Shown here in pieces: positions 17,269-25,445 of a stretch of 27,753 bases of DNA (position 1 is its first letter; every line of letters starts with the position of its first letter). Below the pieces are notes generated by a model, which saw only the letters and a program-made list of their open reading frames with translations, did no database searches and was not told the origin of the DNA. This DNA comes from a virus (lineage: Duplodnaviria; Caudoviricetes): the IMG/VR virus record IMGVR_UViG_3300020045_014940, positions 1 through 27,753 of that record; one strand, given 5' to 3'. Position numbers and translations under genes: made by a program.

Positions 17269-17304
17269 CATTACCGCTAACTTGTTTATATACTCTACTA
17301 AATT

Positions 17305-17541
17305 ATGCAACCATCTGAAAATCACCTAACCTCACACCTACACTATTTCCACTACGAAAAAGTAATAGAAAATTACAAAGAGTTGAACCAATTATTGAAA
17401 CAAAAACCGAGTACCAAAAAGAAAAGCAAACTACTAAATATACTAACCGAAATTATCAAAAGCAAAGAGTTTTTAGAGATTGATGTTAGTAGTGATGTGG
17501 ATTTGTTTAAAGAGATTAATTTAAAAAACAAAGTAAAATGA
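17305..17541 (+). CDS. Hypothetical protein
   Basis: 78 aa with AATTATG start. Confidence 0.6.
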   Translation: MQPSENHLTSHLHYFHYEKVIENYKELNQLLKQKPSTKKKSKLLNILTEIIKSKEFLEIDVSSDVDLFKEINLKNKVK

Positions 17542-17960
17542 AATTCAAAATTAAAAAAGAAGTAGAAGTAGAAATAACAACCCTATACGTTCGTGCCGTA
17601 GTTCGTTATTGGGAAGATGCAAAAGTTGACGGTGTTGAAGATGAAAACGGAGATTTAATCCCTTGTCGAGTTGAGGACGATTGGTGTTTAACTATTGATT
17701 TAGAAAATGGTAAAATAACAAATTGGACGCAAGGAAAAACCGCTGATGTACACTATAAAGTTTGTGACGATGGAACTTACATTTTAGCAGATGAAAACAA
17801 CGAGCAAGTTTTATGTAAAGAGGGATATGTTCCTGATTGTTTATCAATAGACGACAATGGTTGTGGTGATTATATTATTATGAAAATCGATAAATTAGGT
17901 TTTATTAATAATTGGAAATTTAGCACTTATGATATTCAAGAATTTACCGAAGAAGATTAA
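17538..17960 (+). CDS. Conserved acidic phage protein
   Basis: VRYWEDAKVDG...IDLENGKITNW...HYKVCDDG...GDYIIMKID. Confidence 0.8.
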   Translation: MKFKIKKEVEVEITTLYVRAVVRYWEDAKVDGVEDENGDLIPCRVEDDWCLTIDLENGKITNWTQGKTADVHYKVCDDGTYILADENNEQVLCKEGYVPDCLSIDDNGCGDYIIMKIDKLGFINNWKFSTYDIQEFTEED

Positions 17961-17999
17961 CAATTAACCCCGATTGCAAGGATAAGTGCTAGAATAGAG

Positions 18000-18308
18000 A
18001 TGACAACAGAAAAACAAGAATTAGAAAAATCTACTATTAACATAGAAATGGCTTTTGAAAAAATTAACAGACTTGAAAAAGTTATTTTTGACAGACCTAC
18101 ATCAGAAGAAAATGAAAAAAGAAAACATCAAGCATCACAAACAATTATTTCTGAACTGTTTGGCTACTCTCCAGAGGATAGACTTGATATTTTCAATTCT
18201 GTTAGAGCAGAATTAGAAAATAATTTAAAACAACAAGTAGAAGAAATGGCTTATGAAATTGAAGATAAGCATAATTACTTTGAAAAATTAAAGAAAATAG
18301 TTTACTAA
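18000..18308 (+). CDS. Hypothetical coiled-coil protein
   Basis: 102 aa. Confidence 0.72.
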   Translation: MTTEKQELEKSTINIEMAFEKINRLEKVIFDRPTSEENEKRKHQASQTIISELFGYSPEDRLDIFNSVRAELENNLKQQVEEMAYEIEDKHNYFEKLKKIVY

Positions 18309-18338
18309 AACCCAACCAACGGCACTAACAACCCTACA

Positions 18339-18845
18339 CTAAAACGGCTTTCGGTATCGTAGCCAAAGGCGATATAGTACGAAAATAATAATCAGTATAA
18401 TTAAAAGCAACCACCACCAACTAAAATAGCTTTGTCGTTCAGTATCTTTTTTAACCTCGACAACCCTGTTTTTAACATCAGAAACATTGCTTTTATCGAC
18501 TGTCTTTTTATTTTCAACAACTATATCGCTTTTTATTTTTCCAGCTTTAAAACGCTTTGTTTTAGTTTTTTTGATTTTAGCATTAATGATTTTAGTTACT
18601 TTACCGCTTTTGTCGATGTGAGTAGCTTCTTTTGTACTGTCAATCGGTACTATTTCCGTTATTTCCGTTATTTCCGTTTCAGTTGTGTCGATTGTAGTTG
18701 TTGAAGTAGTGTTTGTTGTTTCTGAAATAGCTTCAGTAGTAGTTGTGATACTGTCTTTTTTTGTTTCTGTATTGGATTTTGAAACTTTACGAGCGGAGCA
18801 AGATGTTAGTAGGATTAACGATAAAATGATTAATATATTTTTCAT
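18339..18845 (-). CDS. Lipoprotein with C-terminal TM helix; candidate unimolecular spanin
   Basis: Signal peptide with lipobox LLTS-C, Thr-rich periplasmic part, C-terminal WWWLLLIILIIIFVLY plus basic tail; near the endolysin. Confidence 0.72.
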   Translation of the reverse strand: MKNILIILSLILLTSCSARKVSKSNTETKKDSITTTTEAISETTNTTSTTTIDTTETEITEITEIVPIDSTKEATHIDKSGKVTKIINAKIKKTKTKRFKAGKIKSDIVVENKKTVDKSNVSDVKNRVVEVKKDTERQSYFSWWWLLLIILIIIFVLYRLWLRYRKPF

Positions 18846-18881
18846 AATAAAAAGTTTTTGTAAAGGTAATAAAAAAAGGTT

Positions 18882-18987
18882 TATATTTGCAAAGTGTTAC
18901 GGTCTCAATTTAAACGGTAACGAAAAGATTTAGCCTATTGATAGGAGCGAAACGTGAGACCTTTTGCAAATATCGATAGGCATTTTT
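18882..18987 (+). promoter_or_regulatory. Promoter plus structured leader 3 (kissing-loop/terminator architecture)
   Basis: TATATTTG; GTTAC-GGTCTCA...-GTAAC; GCCTATTGATA...GCGAAA-CGTGAGACC-TTTTGC...TATCGATAGGC-A-T5. Confidence 0.75.
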
Positions 18988-19000
18988 AATTTATATTATT

Positions 19001-19324
19001 ATGGATTTTTCGTTTGAAGCAAAAGTAGTTCTAACTTTAGAACACAAAAAAGGAATGACAACATCAAAACACGTTGCAACTAACTTTAATCTTGAAGTTA
19101 TCGGAGAACTTGACAGAAAACAATATTTAGATAAAGAAGATTTACCAACCGAAGCAGGTTCTAAAGTGTTATCTAATGTTCTTATTCAAGGATTAGTAGG
19201 TAATATTCATATGGCACACGAAAAAGGTTTTCGAGATAGTGCTGAACATTTACGCTGGATTATTTCAGAATTAGAACGAGGTTTTGTGACAGTTGCTAAT
19301 GTTAAACAATCAAATTTTAATTAA
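19001..19324 (+). CDS. Hypothetical protein
   Basis: 107 aa directly after leader 3. Confidence 0.78.
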   Translation: MDFSFEAKVVLTLEHKKGMTTSKHVATNFNLEVIGELDRKQYLDKEDLPTEAGSKVLSNVLIQGLVGNIHMAHEKGFRDSAEHLRWIISELERGFVTVANVKQSNFN

Positions 19325-19325
19325 T

Positions 19326-19622
19326 ATGAAACCAATTAAATTTAAAGAATGCAATGTTAATTTTGCAGAAAACCAAGACGAATATAATACTTTACCAGCT
19401 TTTAAAAACAATACCTCGCAAGGCGAAGTTATTACTTGTTGGAAACTAACCTTTAGTGAAAGAATTAGAGTTTTATTTTTTGGATGCGTTTGGCTTAATC
19501 TATTGTCTTTTAATAAACCGTTAACTCCAAGTTTTATGACAACTAATAAGTATGATATTTTTAATAAGCCAAAAACGGATTTAAAAAAGTATTTTAGGTT
19601 AAGTAGTTATTTTAAAAAATAA
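19326..19622 (+). CDS. Conserved phage hypothetical protein
   Basis: ATG 19326; FAENQDEYNTLPA...ITCWKLTFSERIRVLFFG. Confidence 0.75.
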   Translation: MKPIKFKECNVNFAENQDEYNTLPAFKNNTSQGEVITCWKLTFSERIRVLFFGCVWLNLLSFNKPLTPSFMTTNKYDIFNKPKTDLKKYFRLSSYFKK

Positions 19623-19628
19623 TTTCCC

Positions 19629-19703
19629 TATCTTTGTCTTCGCTAAGATTTCCATGAACATAATTTCTAAAAAAAAGCAACTATTTCGGTAGTTGCTTTT
19701 TTT
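19629..19703 (+). ncRNA. Candidate small RNA (promoter element, about 60 nt, terminator)
   Basis: TATCTTTG at 19629-36 about 35 nt before the terminator stem, with no credible ORF in between. Confidence 0.35.
19669..19703. terminator. Bidirectional intrinsic terminator
   Basis: A8-GCAACTA-TTTCGG-TAGTTGC-T7. Confidence 0.88.
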
Positions 19704-20190
19704 ATTTCAATTTAGGATAATACAAGCCATTATTTAAAAAACGTTCTTTCTTAATCAATTCACGCCAAGTGTGACCTTTAACTTCAAAGTGCGGACTATC
19801 TTTAAAACCAGTCCAATCTCCGCCCCAATTCCATCCTTTGCTTTTAAAATAGTTAGCAACTTCCATCCAATCCGCTTGACCGTCTTTATCGTGGTCTTTT
19901 AACAAGTTCCAAGATGCAGTTTCGAAATTTCCATCATTATTTAAGTCATAAAGCAAAACAATATCAAAAGCCAAACCATAATTGTGAATTGATTGACCGC
20001 CTTTAGCGTTGGTTACTTTAGGGCGTTGTTTAAATAATGCGTTTTGTTCTTCTATCGTTCGATAAACATAAGCAAAACGTAAACGAACACCTTTGCCAAG
20101 CAAGTTATTAGCTTCAATATACTGTTGCTCTAATTCTTCTCTAATATCGGGGTGAGCCGTTTTAATTCTTTGTAGTGTGATTGCGTCCAT
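19702..20190 (-). CDS. Endolysin, M15 family (L-Ala-D-Glu type) peptidase
   Basis: YRTIEEQNALF, VTNAKGGQSIHNYGLAFD, WGGDW, DSPHFE. Confidence 0.93.
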   Translation of the reverse strand: MDAITLQRIKTAHPDIREELEQQYIEANNLLGKGVRLRFAYVYRTIEEQNALFKQRPKVTNAKGGQSIHNYGLAFDIVLLYDLNNDGNFETASWNLLKDHDKDGQADWMEVANYFKSKGWNWGGDWTGFKDSPHFEVKGHTWRELIKKERFLNNGLYYPKLK

Positions 20191-20194
20191 AATT

Positions 20195-20509
20195 TTAAAC
20201 TTTACTTATTAATTTAACTACTAATGAAATAACAATACCACTCGAAAGAATAACGCCTAATAAACGCCAATAGTTTTCGTGTTGCGCTACTTTTTTTTCT
20301 AGTTTAGTCATTCTAGTAATGTAGCCCTCGTTACCGTTGTATTCAGTATCAGTCAAAGCATTTATAATTTTGTCTAGTTTTTCATTTTGTGAAACTCTAA
20401 ATATATCGGTGTCTTTTTGCGCTTTACTTAGAATATCAAAATGTTTTTTTAAACTGTCAATACTACCTTTTATTTCCTTTAAATCGTGGTCGTTATTGTT
20501 CTGCTCCAT
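20195..20509 (-). CDS. Coiled-coil protein with C-terminal TM helix (holin/antiholin candidate)
   Basis: Single hydrophobic C-terminal segment; directly upstream of the endolysin. Confidence 0.65.
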   Translation of the reverse strand: MEQNNNDHDLKEIKGSIDSLKKHFDILSKAQKDTDIFRVSQNEKLDKIINALTDTEYNGNEGYITRMTKLEKKVAQHENYWRLLGVILSSGIVISLVVKLISKV

Positions 20510-20762
20510 CGTGCGTATAATTTATATTTTCATTCTGTTTTTGAGTTCGATACAAAGACCAGCCACCACCAGCGATAAAACCAACAAAAACAAACTCTTT
20601 AACTTCGAATATAAATGGTTCTAGGTTAAATATACTTGTAATAATGTGTATTATAATTGGCGAAAAAGCATAAACAACAGCTATCCAAAAAGCCGAAAAC
20701 GTTTGTAATCGCTTTGCTGAATATTTGCCGTTTACCGTTAATGTATCTGAAAGTATTTTCAT
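20493..20762 (-). CDS. Holin candidate
   Basis: 89 aa, two hydrophobic segments, GKYSAKRL N-terminus, polar tail. Confidence 0.65.
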   Translation of the reverse strand: MKILSDTLTVNGKYSAKRLQTFSAFWIAVVYAFSPIIIHIITSIFNLEPFIFEVKEFVFVGFIAGGGWSLYRTQKQNENINYTHDGAEQ

Positions 20763-21094
20763 TACAATACCAAAGCAATTAATATTACAGTATAAATTCC
20801 AGTTAATACATCCACATCATCATAAACATTACCTCGTGAAGAATGATAAGTTTCCCAACGCATATTGATATACCAACCCAAAGCACCTAGTAAAAATACT
20901 TTTAATATCGTAGGGCAAAAGATTAGATTTAAACCAAAGTTAGGTAATAACATAATTACTGCAGTAACAATAGCGTGTAAATAATATCGTTTTGTTATAA
21001 ACTCTTTTGAGAATATTTTTTTTAATGACAAAGGCACGAGTTTGAATAACTCTTTAAAACCTTTTAATACTGTAAATTTAAATTCTATTTTCAT
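20762..21094 (-). CDS. Membrane protein
   Basis: Probable ATG 21094; about 3 hydrophobic segments with H...WE...D pattern. Confidence 0.7.
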   Translation of the reverse strand: MKIEFKFTVLKGFKELFKLVPLSLKKIFSKEFITKRYYLHAIVTAVIMLLPNFGLNLIFCPTILKVFLLGALGWYINMRWETYHSSRGNVYDDVDVLTGIYTVILIALVL

Positions 21095-21455
21095 TCTTTT
21101 TAAATATTTCGTTAAACACAAATGTAAGTAATAATATTGTAAAATAACAAGCCGTATAAATAGGTAAGTTATATTTTTCGCTTATTGGTGTTGTGTACCA
21201 AAGTAAATCCAAGCCGGCTAATAGTAAAATAGTAATAAAAACCGAAACTGTAAAGCTATCAACTGAAATAGTAGAGTTTATCGTTGCTTCTGATTTAGTT
21301 ATTAGTACTCCAAAAAAATAACCAATAAAAGCAAAGCACCAATAATTCGTTACCGTTTCCCAAAGTGCTTGATTATAATTTTCGTAATCAAACACAAAGA
21401 GAAATAACAGTAACCAATATAGCAAATAGGTTAAGATTGGAAATATTTTTATCAT
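21078..21455 (-). CDS. Four-TM membrane protein
   Basis: Probable ATG 21455 (MIKIFPIL); four hydrophobic stretches. Confidence 0.7.
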   Translation of the reverse strand: MIKIFPILTYLLYWLLLFLFVFDYENYNQALWETVTNYWCFAFIGYFFGVLITKSEATINSTISVDSFTVSVFITILLLAGLDLLWYTTPISEKYNLPIYTACYFTILLLTFVFNEIFKKNENRI

Positions 21456-21601
21456 CTTGGTTTTTTTGGTGCGCCAATTTCCCAAACAGTAAACAAAGCT
21501 TTTTCTTCTTCTTTTGGTTGTAATGATAAATAACCAGCTAAACCTAAATCTTCTGCTTTAGCGATTGTGTCTTTGATGAATTGTTGTTGTTCTTGTGTCA
21601 T
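21452..21601 (-). CDS. Small hypothetical protein (49 aa, not in track)
   Basis: MTQEQQQFIKDTIAKAEDLG...GAPKKPR; ATGA-coupled at both ends. Confidence 0.7.
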   Translation of the reverse strand: MTQEQQQFIKDTIAKAEDLGLAGYLSLQPKEEEKALFTVWEIGAPKKPR

Positions 21602-21765
21602 TTTATATAAAATTGTTTAGTTTTAAAATCCCAATAAATATTTTGTGTTTCTTGGTCATATTCCAAAGTAGGTAATTCGTCAACCGCTATTTCGTTATCG
21701 TTTAATTCGAAAGTTTCAGCACAATAAATTACAAATCCTGTTTTTTTATCAATTATCGTTTTCAT
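21598..21765 (-). CDS. Small protein after tail fibre (55 aa, possible fibre assembly factor; not in track)
   Basis: MKTIIDKKTGFVIYC...NIYWDFKTKQFYIK; TAATG-coupled to the fibre gene. Confidence 0.7.
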   Translation of the reverse strand: MKTIIDKKTGFVIYCAETFELNDNEIAVDELPTLEYDQETQNIYWDFKTKQFYIK

Positions 21766-23249
21766 TATTTATTTCCTTTAATTGTGAATGTTTCGCTTGT
21801 AAAACTGTCAGAGGCGTTTTGAGGAATTACGCTAATAATAATATAATTGTCAACCGTTGGGTCAAAAGACGTACTACTTGGAGCAGTTGTGTTAATAACC
21901 TCGTCATTTAATAACGTACTTGATGCTCCAGCACCAAATAATAAATTACCTGTCTTCAAAGCGAAAAGTCTTTTAAATGGAGAGAATAAACCAGTAGTAG
22001 TGTTATTGAAAGTAGCTATTTGTGTTGCTCCAGTTAAACTATTACTTGTATTTGTGTACATTCTATAAGTAGCGTTTGCATTTGCACCAACTCTTTGAAT
22101 ATTACATCTTACTTCCGCAACCGTTCCAACCGCAAAGGTATTTGCGGGAATTAAATGAGAAACTAAAATAGTATTCGCTGTCGTTCCTGTTACCGCAGTT
22201 GATGTTGAGGCGTCTTTGTAGAAATTGGTTTGTTTTGTTGCAAATTCTGTCACTAAAGCCGATTGATGTACGCTTCCGTCTGTATTACTCGCTAATAAAT
22301 TTTCGTAAAGTTTTGCTATTCCTTTAACGGTTGGTGAAGCATCAGGAACAGTACCGCCAATAGAAGTCGAACCCCACACTCCACCCTGATAAAACCTATA
22401 AACCAAACTACCAGCCGTATAACCAACACCGCCAATCGTTGCCGTTCCGTTTCTAACGAAAACGGTATATCCTTTGCCTTCTACTGGTGTAGGGTCTGTA
22501 AAGGTTGCGTTTGCTATTACGGTGTATTTAGCATCATTCTCGGCGGTTTTATTTGCGTTTACAATAATAGCTACTAAATCAAAAGTTCCATCTTCATTAA
22601 TTGGAAGTTGGTGTTCTCTAGGAGTGCCTCCGTCTTTTGCAACTGTTATATTTCCATTTCTATACCTCGTTCTGTTTTCGCCTAAAACATCTGAAGTAAC
22701 AAGCTCAACACCATCATTAGTTGTATTTATTTGCCCTACTACTTCTCCACCACTATAAAAAATTATAGCTTCTGCTTCGTCAATATCTATTTCAATCGTG
22801 TTCGTCGTCGTCGCTCCCTCATCCGTAACCTCTTGAAAATTCGGGGTTGTTAACCCGCCAATCGTAATGTTTACCCATTTACTTGTAGCTACATCCCAAG
22901 CTAAAACTTGACCGTCTTCAACATCGGTAACATTTACGTTTGTGATTTGTTCCATACTTGGAAAAACGCTTGTACCTGTTCGGTCAAACGCTGGATATTG
23001 CAATTCTTCCAATCTTAATGACAATTCGGTAATAGTTGCAAAATATTCAGGAGCTCCACCATCTGTATCATCATACAAAGTAATATTAGCGATTTCGTAT
23101 TGTTCTAATCGTGTATTTCCCTCTTCTACTATTTGGAATTTAGCAAAAAATGAATTGAAATAAAACTTTGAAATAATAAAGTCGCCAAAAACACTATCGG
23201 TATGTAACCAAGTGTTTATTGATTTTTTTCTTATTGATAAATTACTCAT
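21765..23249 (-). CDS. Tail fibre / receptor-binding protein
   Basis: 494 aa, T/S/G-rich; DGQVLAWD..KWVN, FQEVTDEGATT and PDASPTVKGIAKL fibre-type motifs; last large structural gene. Confidence 0.75.
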   Translation of the reverse strand: MSNLSIRKKSINTWLHTDSVFGDFIISKFYFNSFFAKFQIVEEGNTRLEQYEIANITLYDDTDGGAPEYFATITELSLRLEELQYPAFDRTGTSVFPSMEQITNVNVTDVEDGQVLAWDVATSKWVNITIGGLTTPNFQEVTDEGATTTNTIEIDIDEAEAIIFYSGGEVVGQINTTNDGVELVTSDVLGENRTRYRNGNITVAKDGGTPREHQLPINEDGTFDLVAIIVNANKTAENDAKYTVIANATFTDPTPVEGKGYTVFVRNGTATIGGVGYTAGSLVYRFYQGGVWGSTSIGGTVPDASPTVKGIAKLYENLLASNTDGSVHQSALVTEFATKQTNFYKDASTSTAVTGTTANTILVSHLIPANTFAVGTVAEVRCNIQRVGANANATYRMYTNTSNSLTGATQIATFNNTTTGLFSPFKRLFALKTGNLLFGAGASSTLLNDEVINTTAPSSTSFDPTVDNYIIISVIPQNASDSFTSETFTIKGNK

Positions 23250-24057
23250 ATACTCTAAAATTAAAATCGCCTGAAGCTGGATTAATCGAACCGCCAGAGT
23301 GATTGTGAACGATAAACGAAACGGTATCGGTTGCGCTTACAATAGGTTGACCTATTACTAACTCATTAATTGTTGTTATCGCTGGTGGACTTGTCATATT
23401 CACAAACATACCTAATTTAGCACCAAGTATTGTTACATTTACCAACTCCGTGTCGTTACTGCCTATCGATGGAATATCGATTGTTTCGGTGTGGTTGATT
23501 TCGATTGGTGTAGGTGGACTATATGGAGTTGGCGTGTAATTTCTATCTTGGTCGTATTCTAATTTTATACCGCCAAAATAACAATCAACGGGGCTTCCTA
23601 TTTCTGTTTCGTCAAACTCTATTTGAAAAGTTAAATTGTCACCTCCTATAATAATGTTTTGAAAAAATGTATTCCATCCCGATATAGGTAAAGAAAACTC
23701 CATAATATAAGTTTCAAAACCATCTTCAAAAAATCTAAACCTACCTGTTAAAACAACCCCCGAACTATTATAACAAGAGAATTGAAATATAGTATAGTTA
23801 GTTGTTCTATAAGTGCTAATTTGCGTAGTCCACTCGTCAGATGGTGCTTGAATTAATAATAAATCTGGACTTAAACCTTGAATAAATAAAGATTTATTTA
23901 AAGCATATACATAATCTTGCGAAACACTACATACGCCAGCCCCGCTTACTATTTCGCCTGAAAATGGCGATTGAAACGCTAAATTATAATTCAAAACGTT
24001 CTCACTATATCGGTTTGCAAAACCAGTTGTTTGTACTGCATTTACTGTTGTTGGCAT
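23242..24057 (-). CDS. Tail-associated structural protein (beta-sandwich-like)
   Basis: 271 aa, beta-rich, in tail operon. Confidence 0.65.
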   Translation of the reverse strand: MPTTVNAVQTTGFANRYSENVLNYNLAFQSPFSGEIVSGAGVCSVSQDYVYALNKSLFIQGLSPDLLLIQAPSDEWTTQISTYRTTNYTIFQFSCYNSSGVVLTGRFRFFEDGFETYIMEFSLPISGWNTFFQNIIIGGDNLTFQIEFDETEIGSPVDCYFGGIKLEYDQDRNYTPTPYSPPTPIEINHTETIDIPSIGSNDTELVNVTILGAKLGMFVNMTSPPAITTINELVIGQPIVSATDTVSFIVHNHSGGSINPASGDFNFRVYE

Positions 24058-24059
24058 AA

Positions 24060-24500
24060 TTAATCTTTTGCTATGTAAAATTTATATTCAAAAAAATAAG
24101 TTGATAAAGGTGGGAAAACCGAAGAAAAACCGAAATTATTCGCTCTTAAAATAAAATCTACTGTATTCGTAGCGTCTTTAAAGCTTTGAGAAGTCCCTGT
24201 TATTGGTTGATACTCTGTCGTTTTCCAATCAAACACGTCTTGCCCTGTTACTGAAAGACCGCTAGTATTCGTTACGTTACCGCTAATGTGTACAGCGTTT
24301 CCGTGTTTTACAAGTGATATTGTATAGTTAAATACCGAGCCGTCTTTTGTTGTGTATGTTTGTGTTAAATGCGTGTCTGTAACCGCTGTTGGATACAATT
24401 GATTAATCAAATCAAGCATTGATGCTCTATGATTGTCAATCTCTATAACTTCCGTTAAATAGCCATTTACACTTGCTATAACTTGTGATTTTGTTGCCAT
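24060..24500 (-). CDS. Tail-associated structural protein
   Basis: 146 aa; LVKHGNAVHISG resembles fibre head domains. Confidence 0.65.
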   Translation of the reverse strand: MATKSQVIASVNGYLTEVIEIDNHRASMLDLINQLYPTAVTDTHLTQTYTTKDGSVFNYTISLVKHGNAVHISGNVTNTSGLSVTGQDVFDWKTTEYQPITGTSQSFKDATNTVDFILRANNFGFSSVFPPLSTYFFEYKFYIAKD

Positions 24501-24504
24501 ATTT

Positions 24505-24825
24505 TTAAGTTAAATATTGTTCATTATTATATTGTTCACTATTGTATTGCCCTGAAATTATACTAAAAGTCCAAACTGTGCTGTCACTAATTCCGCTATA
24601 AATTCCAAAATCACTAATAAACAAGCCGTCACTCATTAATACGTAGTAATTTCCATTATCAGGGAATAAATTTGTTACATCAATAGTAAATGAATTGCCA
24701 GTTACAATTATATCAGCTTCGGTAAAACGTAAATAAAACAATCCGTCTTTATACACGTCTAACCATCCTACATTTTTTGTTATAGGATGGTTAAAAGTGC
24801 CTGATATTTGGTTAGGGAAGTTCAT
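24505..24825 (-). CDS. Ig-like (Big_5/SbsA-like) partial domain protein
   Basis: GTFNHPI...GNSFTID...GNYYVLMSDGLF...GISDSTVWTF. Confidence 0.55.
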   Translation of the reverse strand: MNFPNQISGTFNHPITKNVGWLDVYKDGLFYLRFTEADIIVTGNSFTIDVTNLFPDNGNYYVLMSDGLFISDFGIYSGISDSTVWTFSIISGQYNSEQYNNEQYLT

Positions 24826-24827
24826 AT

Positions 24828-25433
24828 TTATATTTTTTCAGCTTTCCAATAACCTCCGAAATCAATATAAGTAAATCTATACATTTCATTTGTTAGTAAT
24901 GTTACAGAAGCAGTAAAAGTATTGAAAACTTCAAACATTCTATTTGTTCCCGACGCATTGGCTCTTATTTCAATATTATTAGCTACTGCAATAACATAAA
25001 TTGTTTTCATTACTTCAGTTGTAGTTGGTAAATAAGCTTTACCGCCACTAAAAGCACAACTATTCACATCAAAGGGTAAAACTTGAAATGTTCCAGTTAA
25101 TGTAATCGAACCGCTTGTTTTAGTAGAACCAGCAATTACTAAATCACCACTACCTAAAACACTATTTCCGTTAATAGTTTTAATATTTGTACCACTTACT
25201 AAAGCGTCTTGTTTAGCGTCTAAATCAGGTTTGTTTTCTAAATCGGCATAATCATTAGAAAAAGCAACTGCACCTAAATCATCAGCACTAACTTTTGTTG
25301 CAACTTCTTGGTCGATATAATCTAATATCAACTCTCTATTATCAGCATCTTCTACATTATCGATTTTATCAATAATTGTTTTATCTCTAATCGTTTCGTC
25401 AATGTTTGCTATTACTTCCGCTCTTGTTGGCAT
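24828..25433 (-). CDS. Short tail-fibre-like protein
   Basis: AVAFSNDYADLENKP and KQDALVSGTNIKTINGNSVLGSGDL fibre motifs. Confidence 0.7.
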   Translation of the reverse strand: MPTRAEVIANIDETIRDKTIIDKIDNVEDADNRELILDYIDQEVATKVSADDLGAVAFSNDYADLENKPDLDAKQDALVSGTNIKTINGNSVLGSGDLVIAGSTKTSGSITLTGTFQVLPFDVNSCAFSGGKAYLPTTTEVMKTIYVIAVANNIEIRANASGTNRMFEVFNTFTASVTLLTNEMYRFTYIDFGGYWKAEKI

Positions 25434-25445
25434 AACTTTATATTT

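Noticed and set aside
18432-23163. Plus-strand ORFs 18432-18704, 18685-18933, 20337-20624, 21847-22068, 22474-22758, 22942-23163
   Set aside because: Antisense shadows of spanin, holin-region and tail-fibre genes.
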